A DNA stretch of 64,000 bases from Candidatus Undinarchaeales archaeon (GCA_030753015.1 JASMDC010000004.1:64001-128000), one strand, 5' to 3'; shown: positions 36,385-46,496, counted from the first letter of the stretch. Translations and numbers: made by a program. The notes: a model not told the origin generated them from the letters alone.

Positions 36385-38858
36385 GCGAGCACCTCCACCC
36401 GAGGGACGACCTTGCGGTACACCGCCTGCGGCGGGCAAAGGCGTCCGTCCACCGTGAGGAGCTCGCGCAGCGCAATGCCGAACAGCCGCTCGTTCTCCTC
36501 GAGGTAGGGTCTGATGAGCTCCCAGTCGTCGGCGGAGAGCTCGGTGAAGACGCCTCCGTTGAGCTGGCCCTCATCCAGCTGACTACGAGGATCGCGGATG
36601 TAGAGCGCGCCACCCGACGCGAGCGAGAACAGGTTCCCGCCGGAGAAGGGGGTGTCAAGCTCGTGCAGGGTGCCGTCTGGGAGGGCCGCAACGCCGTTGA
36701 GCACGGCGAAGCCGCCACCGGCAAGCGGATCGCCCGCCATGAAGCTCTCAGCCAGGTAGTCGAGGCAGGTGCCGTTGATGACCACCCGCGGACCCCCCAC
36801 GGCGTTGATAAGGGGACGGCCCGCGGCGTTGCCCCGCACGTAGACCTCGCCGCCCTTGGCGCCGTAGAGGAAGGTCTGTCCCACGTCCCCGTGGACCACC
36901 AGGCGTCCCGCGGCGAGGATCTGGCCCAACTGGTCCTGGCCATCGGCGTGGACGCGGACCTCGCCGTTCATGAGACCTGAGCCCAGGTAGTCGCCGGGGC
37001 TGCCGTACACGTCGATGATCACCGGCTCCTCCTGCCCCAAGAGCCCGCACCCCACGAACCGCTGGCCGCACAGGTCGAAGGCGATGATGTGCCGCCATCC
37101 GGCACGATAGGCGTCCACGATGGACCGGGAGAGGGAGTCTGGGCCCTCCATGGGATATCCCCTGCCGCGCACCACGAGGGTGGCTCCGGAGCCGGGTGGC
37201 GAGGGAACAGGGCCCGTCCCCGCGTGGCGGTGAAGCCCGCCCACGTCAGGTCCGGGGAGCACCATGGTGCGGAGGAGGAGGTCGTTGATCGCGCTCTCGA
37301 TGAGCGTCCGACGCCATCCTGGTGAGACGTGCGGCGTGTCTACCCCGCGGTCCAGGAGCAGGGTGAGGAGCCCGAGCACGGTCCGGGGTCCAGGTCCTTC
37401 GGTGTCGTGGGCACTCGCGGCGAGCCCGCTCAGCAGGCCGCGCAGTCCGTCACTGGTCGCCCCTGCAAGCAGCGGGCGGAGCCACAAGAAGGCGCTTTCG
37501 ACCCCGTTGCGTGCGAGGTGGGCCATCACCGTGTCCGCTGACGGGATGGATCCGTTACGGGAGGAGGGCGTTGCTCGCGGACAGTCCACCTCACCACCGT
37601 ACTTGTCGCGGCATACGAGCAGGCCGTCCTCCAGGGAGAACGCGAAGGCGCCACCATCGGTGTGGCTCCCGCCCCGGGCGTTCCAGTACAGGTCCGCCCG
37701 CGTCGGCACACCTGATCGCTCGCCGTGGATGTTCTCCAGCACGGCGTCGATGGCCTGCTTCTCGCTGGCGACGAGCCCGATATCCAGCTCCCCCCGCTGG
37801 AGGGCGAACACCTGGGGGCGGAGCATGGAGGTATCGGTGATGCCCACCAGCTGCAGCAGGCCCCGGTCCGGCTTGGCGCGCCCGATGATGAAGAACCACG
37901 GGCCGTCGGGCGAGCCATGGATGTGGGTGCGCTGGATGGCTGCGTACACCTCCTGCTTCCCTTCGGGCAGCATGAGGAAGTCACGCTCGGTGGTGGGGGC
38001 GAGCGCCTCGATGATGTACTCTAGCGGGTAGCCATACACTCTGTCCAGCAGGTCGAAGAGCTGGACGGACACCTCGGTGTCCGTGAGGAACAGGGGCGTC
38101 ATCCCGTGCTGTCCCAGATAGTCGCGCACGCTCTGGTAGTTGGCGAAGTCACCGTTGTGCACTAGCGCCTCGTTGAGGCCAATGAAGGGGTGGGCGCCAC
38201 CGGGGTGCCAGACCCTGCCCTTGGTTGGGTAGCGCTGGTGGGCGATCCAGAGTCGGGCGTGAAGGTCGCCCAGGCGGTAGTTGGTGATTACCTGCTCGGC
38301 GAACCCGACTATCTTGAACACCAGAAGGTCCCGCCCGTGACAGAGCACGAAGGCCTGCGGGTCCGGGCGGTCAGTGTAGTAGGCGGTGTTGAGGGCGAAG
38401 GAGTTGGCGTGGACGAAGGCGTCCTCCTGCGAACGGCGGTCCAGGTCCGCAAACCCCCGCTCCGCGACGAACGCAGCCAGCTGCTCCTCCCGTGGTCGAC
38501 AGAAGTACCGCCACACCTCGGGAGGCGGCACCTCCAGCCCCGGGACGTCATGCCAGTCATCGATGGCAGGCACCCGTTCGGACCGGGCCACTGCAAACGG
38601 CCCGAGGACGTGCCGGTCCTCGACCTCCTCCCGGCACTCTGGATCCAGGTAGGCCACCTGGACGAGGTAGTGGGAGCGCAGAACCTCGGGCGACACTCCC
38701 AGCTGTGCCGGATCGAGGCCGGCGGCCACGATACCACCGCCCTTACCGTTACCGCGGTTGTTCATCTGTCGGGCGGCCGCCTCCAGGTGCCGTCCGGCCA
38801 CGGGCTCGGAGGCCAGGAACCCCACGACCCCGCATCCGCCCTCGGCCGGCTGTCTCAA
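36381..38858 (-). CDS. Glutamate synthase amidotransferase domain fused to GXGXG (GltB3-like) domain
   Basis: EGGCGVVG, NRGNGKGGG, HQRYPT, HNGDFANY, DTEV; C-terminal GDYLGSG...GQTFLYGAKGG. TTG start overlaps the upstream TGA after GAGGAGG. Confidence 0.88.
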   Translation of the reverse strand: MRQPAEGGCGVVGFLASEPVAGRHLEAAARQMNNRGNGKGGGIVAAGLDPAQLGVSPEVLRSHYLVQVAYLDPECREEVEDRHVLGPFAVARSERVPAIDDWHDVPGLEVPPPEVWRYFCRPREEQLAAFVAERGFADLDRRSQEDAFVHANSFALNTAYYTDRPDPQAFVLCHGRDLLVFKIVGFAEQVITNYRLGDLHARLWIAHQRYPTKGRVWHPGGAHPFIGLNEALVHNGDFANYQSVRDYLGQHGMTPLFLTDTEVSVQLFDLLDRVYGYPLEYIIEALAPTTERDFLMLPEGKQEVYAAIQRTHIHGSPDGPWFFIIGRAKPDRGLLQLVGITDTSMLRPQVFALQRGELDIGLVASEKQAIDAVLENIHGERSGVPTRADLYWNARGGSHTDGGAFAFSLEDGLLVCRDKYGGEVDCPRATPSSRNGSIPSADTVMAHLARNGVESAFLWLRPLLAGATSDGLRGLLSGLAASAHDTEGPGPRTVLGLLTLLLDRGVDTPHVSPGWRRTLIESAINDLLLRTMVLPGPDVGGLHRHAGTGPVPSPPGSGATLVVRGRGYPMEGPDSLSRSIVDAYRAGWRHIIAFDLCGQRFVGCGLLGQEEPVIIDVYGSPGDYLGSGLMNGEVRVHADGQDQLGQILAAGRLVVHGDVGQTFLYGAKGGEVYVRGNAAGRPLINAVGGPRVVINGTCLDYLAESFMAGDPLAGGGFAVLNGVAALPDGTLHELDTPFSGGNLFSLASGGALYIRDPRSQLDEGQLNGGVFTELSADDWELIRPYLEENERLFGIALRELLTVDGRLCPPQAVYRKVVPRVEVLA

Positions 38859-41416
38859 CCCATCACCTCCTCGCCCAGTTCCCGGCCCTCGGCCATGAGG
38901 AGGAGCTCGGGATGTCCCCGCAGGTCGGCGATGGAGCCCAGACCCAGACCGAGGCAGATGGCCCGCAGCTGTGCCTCCCAGGAGCGCCGGAGGTTGACGA
39001 TGCGCTGGCGACCCCACTGCGGATCTATGAGCGCCGCGCGCCGGGGATCAGTGGTGGTGATGCCCAGCGGGCACCCCCAGTCCTTCTCACAGCTCCCCAA
39101 GCGCTCGCAGCCCAGCGCCACGAGGTCCGCTGTCCCGACCATGGCCCCGTCGGCGCCCAGTGCCACAGCCTTGGCTATGTCGAACGCCGTCCGTACCCCG
39201 CCCGAGGCGATGAGCACCACCTCGTCGCGAACGCCCTCCGACTGCAGGAAGTCGTGTACCTTGGGGATGGCGTACTCCACGGGCATGGCGATGTTCTTCT
39301 TGCTCACCTCAGGGGCGGCGCCGGTGCCGCCGTAGGAGCCGTCGAGGTTGATGACGTTGCTCCCGGCGTGGTAGCTGCCCACCGCCACCATGTCGACGTC
39401 GGTGGGGGTGGACACCTTGGTGATGACCAGGGCGTCGGGATTGATGGACCTGATCCAGTCGATGTGCTTCTTGTGGTCCTCCACCGAGTACACCGAGTGG
39501 AAGGGGAAGGGGGAGAACAGGGAGATGCCGGGGACCGAGCCCCGGGCGATGGCCACGGCCTTGGACACCTTCTCGGCGAGGAGGTGGCCGCCCAGCCCGG
39601 GCTTGGCACCCTGGGCGTACTTGAACTCCACCACGGGCACGCTGGCGATGGTCTCCTCGCTCACCCCGAACAGCCCGGTCGCCACCTGGGTGATGACGTG
39701 ATCGCGGTAGGGGACCAGCTCCCGGGGAAATCCGCCCTCGCCCGTGGACACCAGGCTCCCGGTGTCCGCCGATGCCATGGCGCGGGCGAGCATGACGTTG
39801 CTGGAGATGGAGCCGAAAGACATCCCGCCGCCGTACAGGGGCATGCGCAGGGTGTACTGGGGACCGTTGCTCCGACGGTTGAGGGGGAGGGCGAGATCCA
39901 CCGACCGGTCGACGGTCCCGCGCTCCATGAGCGCATCAAGGTCCGTACCATCGGTCTCGAAGGGAAGGAAGAGGGCATCGAACCCGCCGCCAGAGCGACC
40001 GGCACGGTAGTCAATGGAGCTTGCCGGGGGATGGCCGGTCCGGGCCTGCTCGATGGTGGCGCGCAGGAGCTCAGGTGTCCAGCGCATATCGCCGATCAGG
40101 CCCTCGCGGAAGCCGCCGGCCCGGTCACGCAGGGGAGACCCGGCGGGGAGCCTCCCCGTCACCAGTTCCCTGAAGGCGGCCTCCTCGTGGGCGTAGAAGA
40201 TGACGCGGCCCGTCTCCCCGCGCAGCCGTCGCACCTCCCGCATCCCCATGGCGCCCAGCACCTCCAGCAGCTGGTTGCGCCAGGCGGCCATGAGGTTGCA
40301 GATATGGGCGGCACCCTCTGTGGGTTCGACATCGCCGTGCTCCACGGGACAGGGGTACCGGGTGTCGGCCCAGAGCATGCACCCGAGCGCCACCATGAGC
40401 GCGAGGTCCACGGTGACCGCGTCAGCGCCGCACGCCAGCGCCTTGGGCACGTGCTCGGCATCGGCGATCCCGCCGCTAAAAAGCACCGTCACGGCGTCTC
40501 GACTCTCTGCCTCCAGCAGCAGCCTGTGGAGCCGGTGAAGAGTGCGGCCGGCGAAGCGACCCGATCCGTCCCGGTCCCGGGCATGGTGGTCGGCGTTGAG
40601 GTGGATCCAGTCAAGCTCTACGCCACCAGCCACCAGGGCGGCGAGGGCGTCGGCAGCGCGGAGCGTGCACGGTGCCCGCACGCCCACTAAGGCGTCGGGA
40701 GCGAGGTCCCTGAGCACGCCAAGGAGATCGACGACCGTCTCCCTGTCCAGCTCGTCATTGTCCAGGCTGAGTTCGATGGCAGGGAGGCCCGCGGAAGCGA
40801 GCTCGTTCACACGCTCGACCTGGCTCGCCTCGATCCGGAGCACGACCGAGTGACGGAACGGTTCACGGTCCTCCCCCCACTGGGACACGGGCACCACCGC
40901 CAGTGTCCCGACATCCTGTGCTGCACGCAGCACGGACAGGTGGGCGCCCCGGCCCGAGGTCGGGATGTTGGGGAGCTCGAAGAGCACGGGGAGTGGAAGG
41001 TCGATGTGGGGCGGCATCTCGGTGGCTACCCTGCCGTCGGGATGGAACCGGAGGAAGGACGGCGCCCGTCCGAGCTGAACGGTCGTCGAGATGTACTCGC
41101 GCCCGTGGATGCCGTCCCGGGTGGGCCGCACGATCTCGGACATGTCGAACCAGATGCTGTCGAAACCAACACCCGCGAACCGACCCCCATACCCAGCCCC
41201 GGAGATGGGGATGCGGCCGGTGACGGCCTGGTAATGGGTGCGGCTGAGCACTTGGGATGTCCAGTGGGGATCACCACCCCTGCCGATGTCGAAGGCAAGG
41301 CGTCCGAACCGTACGTAATCATCGACCTTCTGGAGGTGGAAACGGGTGGGCAGCCCCGTCGGCTCCACTTGCCGGACCGCTATGGTATACCTGCCCGAGC
41401 CTGCTGGGTTGACCAT
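38855..41416 (-). CDS. Glutamate synthase FMN-binding protein with two tandem synthase-like barrels
   Basis: Second half: GGMSFGSIS, TGEGG, QVATGLFG, KYAQGAKPGLGGHL, SGGVR, CERLGSCEKDWGCP. First half is a divergent barrel (SGGIADAEHVPKALACGAD). Confidence 0.87.
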   Translation of the reverse strand: MVNPAGSGRYTIAVRQVEPTGLPTRFHLQKVDDYVRFGRLAFDIGRGGDPHWTSQVLSRTHYQAVTGRIPISGAGYGGRFAGVGFDSIWFDMSEIVRPTRDGIHGREYISTTVQLGRAPSFLRFHPDGRVATEMPPHIDLPLPVLFELPNIPTSGRGAHLSVLRAAQDVGTLAVVPVSQWGEDREPFRHSVVLRIEASQVERVNELASAGLPAIELSLDNDELDRETVVDLLGVLRDLAPDALVGVRAPCTLRAADALAALVAGGVELDWIHLNADHHARDRDGSGRFAGRTLHRLHRLLLEAESRDAVTVLFSGGIADAEHVPKALACGADAVTVDLALMVALGCMLWADTRYPCPVEHGDVEPTEGAAHICNLMAAWRNQLLEVLGAMGMREVRRLRGETGRVIFYAHEEAAFRELVTGRLPAGSPLRDRAGGFREGLIGDMRWTPELLRATIEQARTGHPPASSIDYRAGRSGGGFDALFLPFETDGTDLDALMERGTVDRSVDLALPLNRRSNGPQYTLRMPLYGGGMSFGSISSNVMLARAMASADTGSLVSTGEGGFPRELVPYRDHVITQVATGLFGVSEETIASVPVVEFKYAQGAKPGLGGHLLAEKVSKAVAIARGSVPGISLFSPFPFHSVYSVEDHKKHIDWIRSINPDALVITKVSTPTDVDMVAVGSYHAGSNVINLDGSYGGTGAAPEVSKKNIAMPVEYAIPKVHDFLQSEGVRDEVVLIASGGVRTAFDIAKAVALGADGAMVGTADLVALGCERLGSCEKDWGCPLGITTTDPRRAALIDPQWGRQRIVNLRRSWEAQLRAICLGLGLGSIADLRGHPELLLMAEGRELGEEVMG

Positions 41417-41569
41417 CTCGATGCCTTGCCGGGGTTGGCACTATGCCAATCTAATATACTGATATTGGACTCTAGATATATAACACTGAAAGAAAATAAT
41501 AAAATTGGAAATAAATTTATAGTAATTAACGAAAATAATTAACAAAGTAGAAAAATCGAGGGAAATACC

Positions 41570-42070
41570 GTGCCACAGATTACGAAACATTCCATCGATG
41601 CCACGGACCTGCGCATCCTGGACCTCCTCATGGACGATGCCCGACGCACCTACCGTCAACTTGCCGACGAGGTCGGTGTGTCACCGGTAACGGTGATGAA
41701 GCGCGTCCACAGCATGGAGCGCACGGGCGTCGTCCAGGGCTATACTGCGCGGCTGGACTACCAGGCACTGGGATACGACATCCTGGCCATCATCCAGCTG
41801 CGGATCTCTAAGGGGAAGCTCCTGGAGGTGGAGAAGCGCATCGCCACCCACAACGCCGTGTTCGCCGTGTACGACATCATCGGCCCCTTCGATGCACTGC
41901 TGCTGACGCGGTTCCGCACGACACCAGACATGGACCGGTTCCTTAAGACCATCCAGACCTACGATTTCGTGGAGCGGACCGAGACTATACTGGTGCTGAA
42001 CACGATCAAGGACGAGCCGCTGCGGGTAGGGGAGGACCGGTCTCCCCCGCTGCCGCCGCGCCTGCCGTAG
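41570..42070 (+). CDS. Lrp/AsnC family transcriptional regulator
   Basis: IDATDLRILDLLMDDARRTYRQLADEVGVS; divergent from the glutamate synthase operon. Confidence 0.93.
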   Translation: MPQITKHSIDATDLRILDLLMDDARRTYRQLADEVGVSPVTVMKRVHSMERTGVVQGYTARLDYQALGYDILAIIQLRISKGKLLEVEKRIATHNAVFAVYDIIGPFDALLLTRFRTTPDMDRFLKTIQTYDFVERTETILVLNTIKDEPLRVGEDRSPPLPPRLP

Positions 42071-42074
42071 CAGG
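42044..42074 (+). repeat. Dispersed GC-rich direct repeat, copy 1
   Basis: CCCCCGCTGCCGCCGCGCCTGCCG is identical at 46497-46520; a 22/25 match lies at 47941-47965. Confidence 0.8.
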
Positions 42075-42127
42075 GGGCCAGTGCTCCTGAGCGGTCTGCG
42101 TGACCCCCCAGGACCTGTGCGAGCCGT

Positions 42128-43189
42128 TCACGGGGGCCTGGCCACGCGGTCCCCACTGAAGGCGACGATGTGCGCTGGGGCCGCCGTCACGCTGACCCTC
42201 GTTCCTCGCTCGACCAACAAGGTGGAGGGACGGCTGCTGTGCACCAGCTTCCCCGAGGCGAGGCTCAGGGTGTAGATGTTCTCCGAGCCCCTGAACTCCT
42301 GTCCTTCCACGACCGCTCCACCCTGGTCATCCACCGTGAACGTGATGTCATCGGGCCTGATCATGAGCTGAACGTCCGATCCCTCCGCCAATCCCGCTTT
42401 GTTCGGGAACACACCCAGTTCGGTCTCGATGCCCTCCTTTTCCACGAGGCCGTCGATGAAATCGGCCTGCCCCACGAAGTCTGCGACAAAGCGGGTGGAT
42501 GGGAAATGATAGATCTCCTCCGGGGTTCCGACCTGCTCGGTCCGCCCAGCGTTCAGCACGGCCACGCAGTCGGCCATGGAGAAGGCCTCCGCCTGGTCGT
42601 GCGTCACCAGGATCGCGGTGGAGTGTGCCTTTTTCAGGATGTTCAGCACCTCGTCCCGCATCTGGGCACGCATGTCGGCATCGAGGTTGCTGAGAGGTTC
42701 ATCCAGTAGTATGACCACCGGACAGGGGGCAAGCGCCCTGGCCAGGGCGACGCGTTGCTGCTGGCCGCCGGAGAGCTGGTGCGGATAGCGATCCCCCAAT
42801 CCCTCCAGCCCGACGAACTCCAGCATGTTATCAACGATCTTCTCACTCTTCTCCCTGTCGAACCCGGTCAGCCCATAGGCGATGTTGTCCTTCACCCTCA
42901 GGTGGGGGAACAGGGCGTAGCCCTGGAACACCATGCCGACATTCCGCCTATTGGGGGGGATGAACACCCCGCCGCCGGCGACGGGCTCACCGTCGATCAG
43001 TATCTCACCGCTGTCCGGTGTCTCCACTCCGGCGATCAGGCGGAGGGCCGTGGTCTTCCCGCATCCGCTGGGACCGAGGAAGGCAAATATCTCCCCCTTC
43101 TCCACCGTAAAGGACATGTCATCGATTGCCTTCACGTCGTCGTAGCTCTTGGCCACGTTCCTCAATTCGATTCTCGTCATAGATCCCAT
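42128..43189 (-). CDS. fbpC: Fe3+ ABC transporter ATP-binding protein (FbpC-like)
   Basis: GPSGCGKTT, VFQGYALFPH, LSGGQQQ, LLDEP. Confidence 0.88.
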   Translation of the reverse strand: MGSMTRIELRNVAKSYDDVKAIDDMSFTVEKGEIFAFLGPSGCGKTTALRLIAGVETPDSGEILIDGEPVAGGGVFIPPNRRNVGMVFQGYALFPHLRVKDNIAYGLTGFDREKSEKIVDNMLEFVGLEGLGDRYPHQLSGGQQQRVALARALAPCPVVILLDEPLSNLDADMRAQMRDEVLNILKKAHSTAILVTHDQAEAFSMADCVAVLNAGRTEQVGTPEEIYHFPSTRFVADFVGQADFIDGLVEKEGIETELGVFPNKAGLAEGSDVQLMIRPDDITFTVDDQGGAVVEGQEFRGSENIYTLSLASGKLVHSSRPSTLLVERGTRVSVTAAPAHIVAFSGDRVARPP

Positions 43190-43319
43190 CCCCCTCGTCC
43201 TCGGGACGTCACTTCAGGGCCCTCCTGCAAAGGTCCTTGCCGTAACCCGATCGTGCATCGAGCGAGTCCAGCAGGGCCGTATGGAGGCCCACGTCGTCAT
43301 CATAATCTCCATCACGGAT

Positions 43320-44927
43320 TCACCCGTTCTCATCGCTGCCCGGTTCCTGGGAGAGGATGATCATCATGGAGAGGGCCGAAACGCCCACCAATAGAAGTGC
43401 CGGGATCGCGGCACGTGCAAAGTAGACATCGTCCGTGGCTGACCACACGCGGGTCGCCAGGGTGCTGAAGCCCGTGGGCGCCAGGAGGAGCGTCGCCGGG
43501 AGCTCCTTCATGGTAGTGAGGAACACAAGGGACGCGCCGGTGAGCAGGCCTGGGGAGATAAGGGGCAGGGTAACCGTACGCATGGCACGCCAGGGCGTGG
43601 CACCCAGGCTCCGGGCCGCCTCCTCCAGCTGGGGGCTCAACTGCAGGAGGGATGCGCGGATCGTGCCCACAGCCTGGGGGATGAACAGCACCACATAGGC
43701 GAAGATGAGCATGGCCGTGGACTGGTAGAGGGGCATGGCGTACGTTACGCCGAAGAACACCAGGGAGAGGGCGACCACGATGCCCGGTAGGGCGAATCCG
43801 ATGTAGGTGCTCCGCTCCAGCAGGTTGCTGAGCAGTCCAGGGAACCGCACCGAGAGCGAGGCTACGGGAATTGCTGCGAGCATGGCAACGAGGGCCGTCA
43901 GTCCGGAGACGTAGATGGAGTTCGCGGCGAGATGCCATACGGGAGTGAGCTGCTCCCCGGCGGAGAGCCCGCGCACAAGCCAATAGGTGATCACGCTCAG
44001 GGGCATCACCAGCGACAATCCCACGATTGTTGTGCAGAAGAGCAGGGCAGGCCAACGCCAGCGGCCCAGCTCGACAGTACCGGGGGATCTCCTGGAGCCT
44101 GTGCCGCTGGTGTAGTACCTGCCCCCGCTGCGGGCCAGGTATTCCAAGATGAGGAGAATTGCCGCTAGCCCGACCAGGGAGATGGAAAGAACGGCCGCCA
44201 TGCTCCGATCGAAGCTGGACTGGTACTGGATGTAGATGACCCTGGTGAATGAGTCGAAGCGCATCAGGGAGGGCGTCCCGAAGTCTCTCAGGGTGTAGAG
44301 GGCCACCAACAGCCCACCCGCCGCGATGGAGGACTTGAGGAGGGGGAGGGTCACCCGAATGAAAGTCTGCCAGCGACCGTGCCCGAGGCTGCGCGAGGCC
44401 TCCTCGAGGGCCGGGTCGAGGGAAAGCAGGCTGGCACGCACGGTCAGGAGGACGTAGGGATAGCTGAAGAGGGTGAGCGACAGCAGCGCACCGGGCCATC
44501 CGTAGATGGACGGCAGCCGCTGTACACCGAGCAGCTCGAGCCATGTCTGGAGGATGCTCCCCTTGGGGCCGAGGGCGGCGATGATGGCGAAGCTCCCCAC
44601 GTAGCTGGGGATAACCAGGGGGAGTGCCGTGGCCACCGACCAGAACCGTCTTCCCGGGAGGTCCGTCCGCACCGTGAGGAAGGCAAGGGGCACGGCGATG
44701 AGGGTGGACGCAACGGTGACGGCGAGGGCAAGGAGTGCGCTGTTGACAAAGACCCGGATCGTGCGGGGATGGAGGAGGAGATCCCAGACGCCATCCCCTA
44801 CACCGGCCGTGCGGATGACCAGATAGGCGAGCGGGAACAGCATGGCAGAGGCGACGAGGATGGAGGCGAGGACCAGGGGAAGGGGGGGCCTGGGTGAGGG
44901 GATGAGGCGCGTCAGCAACGTCACCAT
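43320..44927 (-). CDS. fbpB: Fe3+ ABC transporter permease (FbpB-like)
   Basis: Two EEAxRSLG motifs, DFGTP, MKELPATLLL. Confidence 0.9.
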   Translation of the reverse strand: MVTLLTRLIPSPRPPLPLVLASILVASAMLFPLAYLVIRTAGVGDGVWDLLLHPRTIRVFVNSALLALAVTVASTLIAVPLAFLTVRTDLPGRRFWSVATALPLVIPSYVGSFAIIAALGPKGSILQTWLELLGVQRLPSIYGWPGALLSLTLFSYPYVLLTVRASLLSLDPALEEASRSLGHGRWQTFIRVTLPLLKSSIAAGGLLVALYTLRDFGTPSLMRFDSFTRVIYIQYQSSFDRSMAAVLSISLVGLAAILLILEYLARSGGRYYTSGTGSRRSPGTVELGRWRWPALLFCTTIVGLSLVMPLSVITYWLVRGLSAGEQLTPVWHLAANSIYVSGLTALVAMLAAIPVASLSVRFPGLLSNLLERSTYIGFALPGIVVALSLVFFGVTYAMPLYQSTAMLIFAYVVLFIPQAVGTIRASLLQLSPQLEEAARSLGATPWRAMRTVTLPLISPGLLTGASLVFLTTMKELPATLLLAPTGFSTLATRVWSATDDVYFARAAIPALLLVGVSALSMMIILSQEPGSDENG

Positions 44928-45193
44928 CGGATCAGTCTCCAGATGTTACAGTGCATGTTTTATCGTTTCCCCTCCTTCGACGTGACTGGCGCTCATCCCG
45001 CGGGACGTGCCCCCCGCCGGAGGGTCGGGGCTCTCGTGCTTCACCCCTTTCGTCCGTGCGTTGCCGGCCTCGGACTCCGCGTGCATCCTCCACAGGCACG
45101 ACCCGCCGCTCACATGGTCACCTCGGGAGGTCGGTTCCGGCAGCGGGCGGGAGTGGCGGCCCCCACCCACGCTTGCGGATCCCTGTCCTCCCG

Positions 45194-46225
45194 CTACAGG
45201 GCACCAACATCCTGAAGGAGCTTCAGCGTCCCCCTCAGATCGTCCAGGTCGCTCAGGTCGATGTCCGGCGAATTGATGTCCGAGAGGCGCTTCTGCGGTC
45301 CGAGCACGCTCGTTCCATTGACCAGCGGGTACTCGTAGGTCTGCGTGGCGTAGGAGGTCTGTGCTCCCTCGTTGAGCATGAACCCGATGAACCTCTCTGC
45401 AAGCGCTTGATCAGTTGAGGTGTCAACGATCCCCAGCCCCGCCACGTTGATCATGGAGCCGGCGTCGCCCGTGGTGTAGTGGTGCGCTACGGGGAACCCG
45501 GGGTCCTCCGCTTGGAAGCGGTGGAGGTAGTAGTTGTTCACGAAGCCTACGTGGATCTCTCCGCGGCCAAGGGCCGCGACGATGGGTGAGTTCTTGGGGT
45601 AGACCTGGGGCTCGTTGGCTATGATCCCTGTCAACCACTCCCGCGCCTTCTCCTCGCCCTCGAGCACCCTGAAGGCGGTGATGAATGACTGGAAAGAGCC
45701 GTTTGTCGGCGCCCAGCCGATCTTACCACCGCCCCATTTCTCCTCGACGAACCCCCAGATGGAGTCGGGAAGCTCCTCCTTGCTCACCAGCTTCATGTTG
45801 TAGTCGACCGTCCTCGCCCTGCCGGAAATGCCGATCCATTTCCCCGAGCGGGAGCGAAATCGAGGCTCCACACGCTGCAAGAGCGCGTCGGAGAGTGTGG
45901 ACAGGCGTCCCTCCTTGGAGAGTGCGCCGAGCGCCCCTGCGTCCTGAGCGAAGAAGAGGTCGGCAGGGCTGTTCTTTCCCTCCTCCAGGATCGTGGCGGT
46001 CAGCTCGGCCGTCTTGCCGTACCGAACCTCGGTCTTGATGCCTGTCTCCTCCTTGAACTTGTCGATCATAGGGCCGACAAGGCTCTCCCCGCGACCGGAA
46101 TAGATTGTCAGTGTCGGCGGTTCGGCCGAGACGCTCCCGCCGGCCGGCCCCTGTTTCAGACAACCTGCGGTCGCGACGCCCAGTGCCGCCACGCCCAGGT
46201 ATTTCACGAGTGTCCGCCTATTCAT
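45194..46225 (-). CDS. fbpA: Fe3+ ABC transporter substrate-binding lipoprotein (FbpA/FutA-like)
   Basis: MNRRTLVK Tat-like leader plus ATAGC lipobox; IYSGR, EGKNSPAD, VNNYY tandem Tyr ligands. Confidence 0.9.
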   Translation of the reverse strand: MNRRTLVKYLGVAALGVATAGCLKQGPAGGSVSAEPPTLTIYSGRGESLVGPMIDKFKEETGIKTEVRYGKTAELTATILEEGKNSPADLFFAQDAGALGALSKEGRLSTLSDALLQRVEPRFRSRSGKWIGISGRARTVDYNMKLVSKEELPDSIWGFVEEKWGGGKIGWAPTNGSFQSFITAFRVLEGEEKAREWLTGIIANEPQVYPKNSPIVAALGRGEIHVGFVNNYYLHRFQAEDPGFPVAHHYTTGDAGSMINVAGLGIVDTSTDQALAERFIGFMLNEGAQTSYATQTYEYPLVNGTSVLGPQKRLSDINSPDIDLSDLDDLRGTLKLLQDVGAL

Positions 46226-46291
46226 CACGGTGTAGCCGGGTTCAGGATTGTCGAGCGTTGGGGTGAACATGGTCATCACTTTTTTTGTAAA

Positions 46292-46306
46292 CCTAACATT
46301 GTTAGG
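46292..46306. promoter_or_regulatory. Palindrome upstream of the iron ABC operon
   Basis: Perfect CCTAACA-T-TGTTAGG next to an AT-rich TATA-like stretch; TTAGG/CCTAA resemble DtxR-family half-sites. Confidence 0.45.
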
Positions 46307-46496
46307 CCCCCATATAATATTTAAACTTTTCGAACTTCATTAACCTCAAGCCCGCCCGAGTGCTGACAGGATATCTGCGGCGTCGCGTCGGCACCTCACG
46401 CATACAGCCTTGTCTCTCCAGCTCGTCAGGATCCAAGAACCTCAACCACCAGCGGTATGGTCCTCCCCGACACCACGTCGGCGAGGAACGGATCAC

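Noticed and set aside
38492-40690. Long antisense or alternative-frame ORFs (for example 732 aa here, also 34262..35929 and 20902..22383)
   Set aside because: They shadow well-supported genes, lack motifs and are expected from GC-rich codon usage.
43214-43333. 39-aa ORF between fbpB and fbpC (MRTGESVMEIMM...)
   Set aside because: No recognisable motif or other support; cannot be distinguished from a chance ORF.
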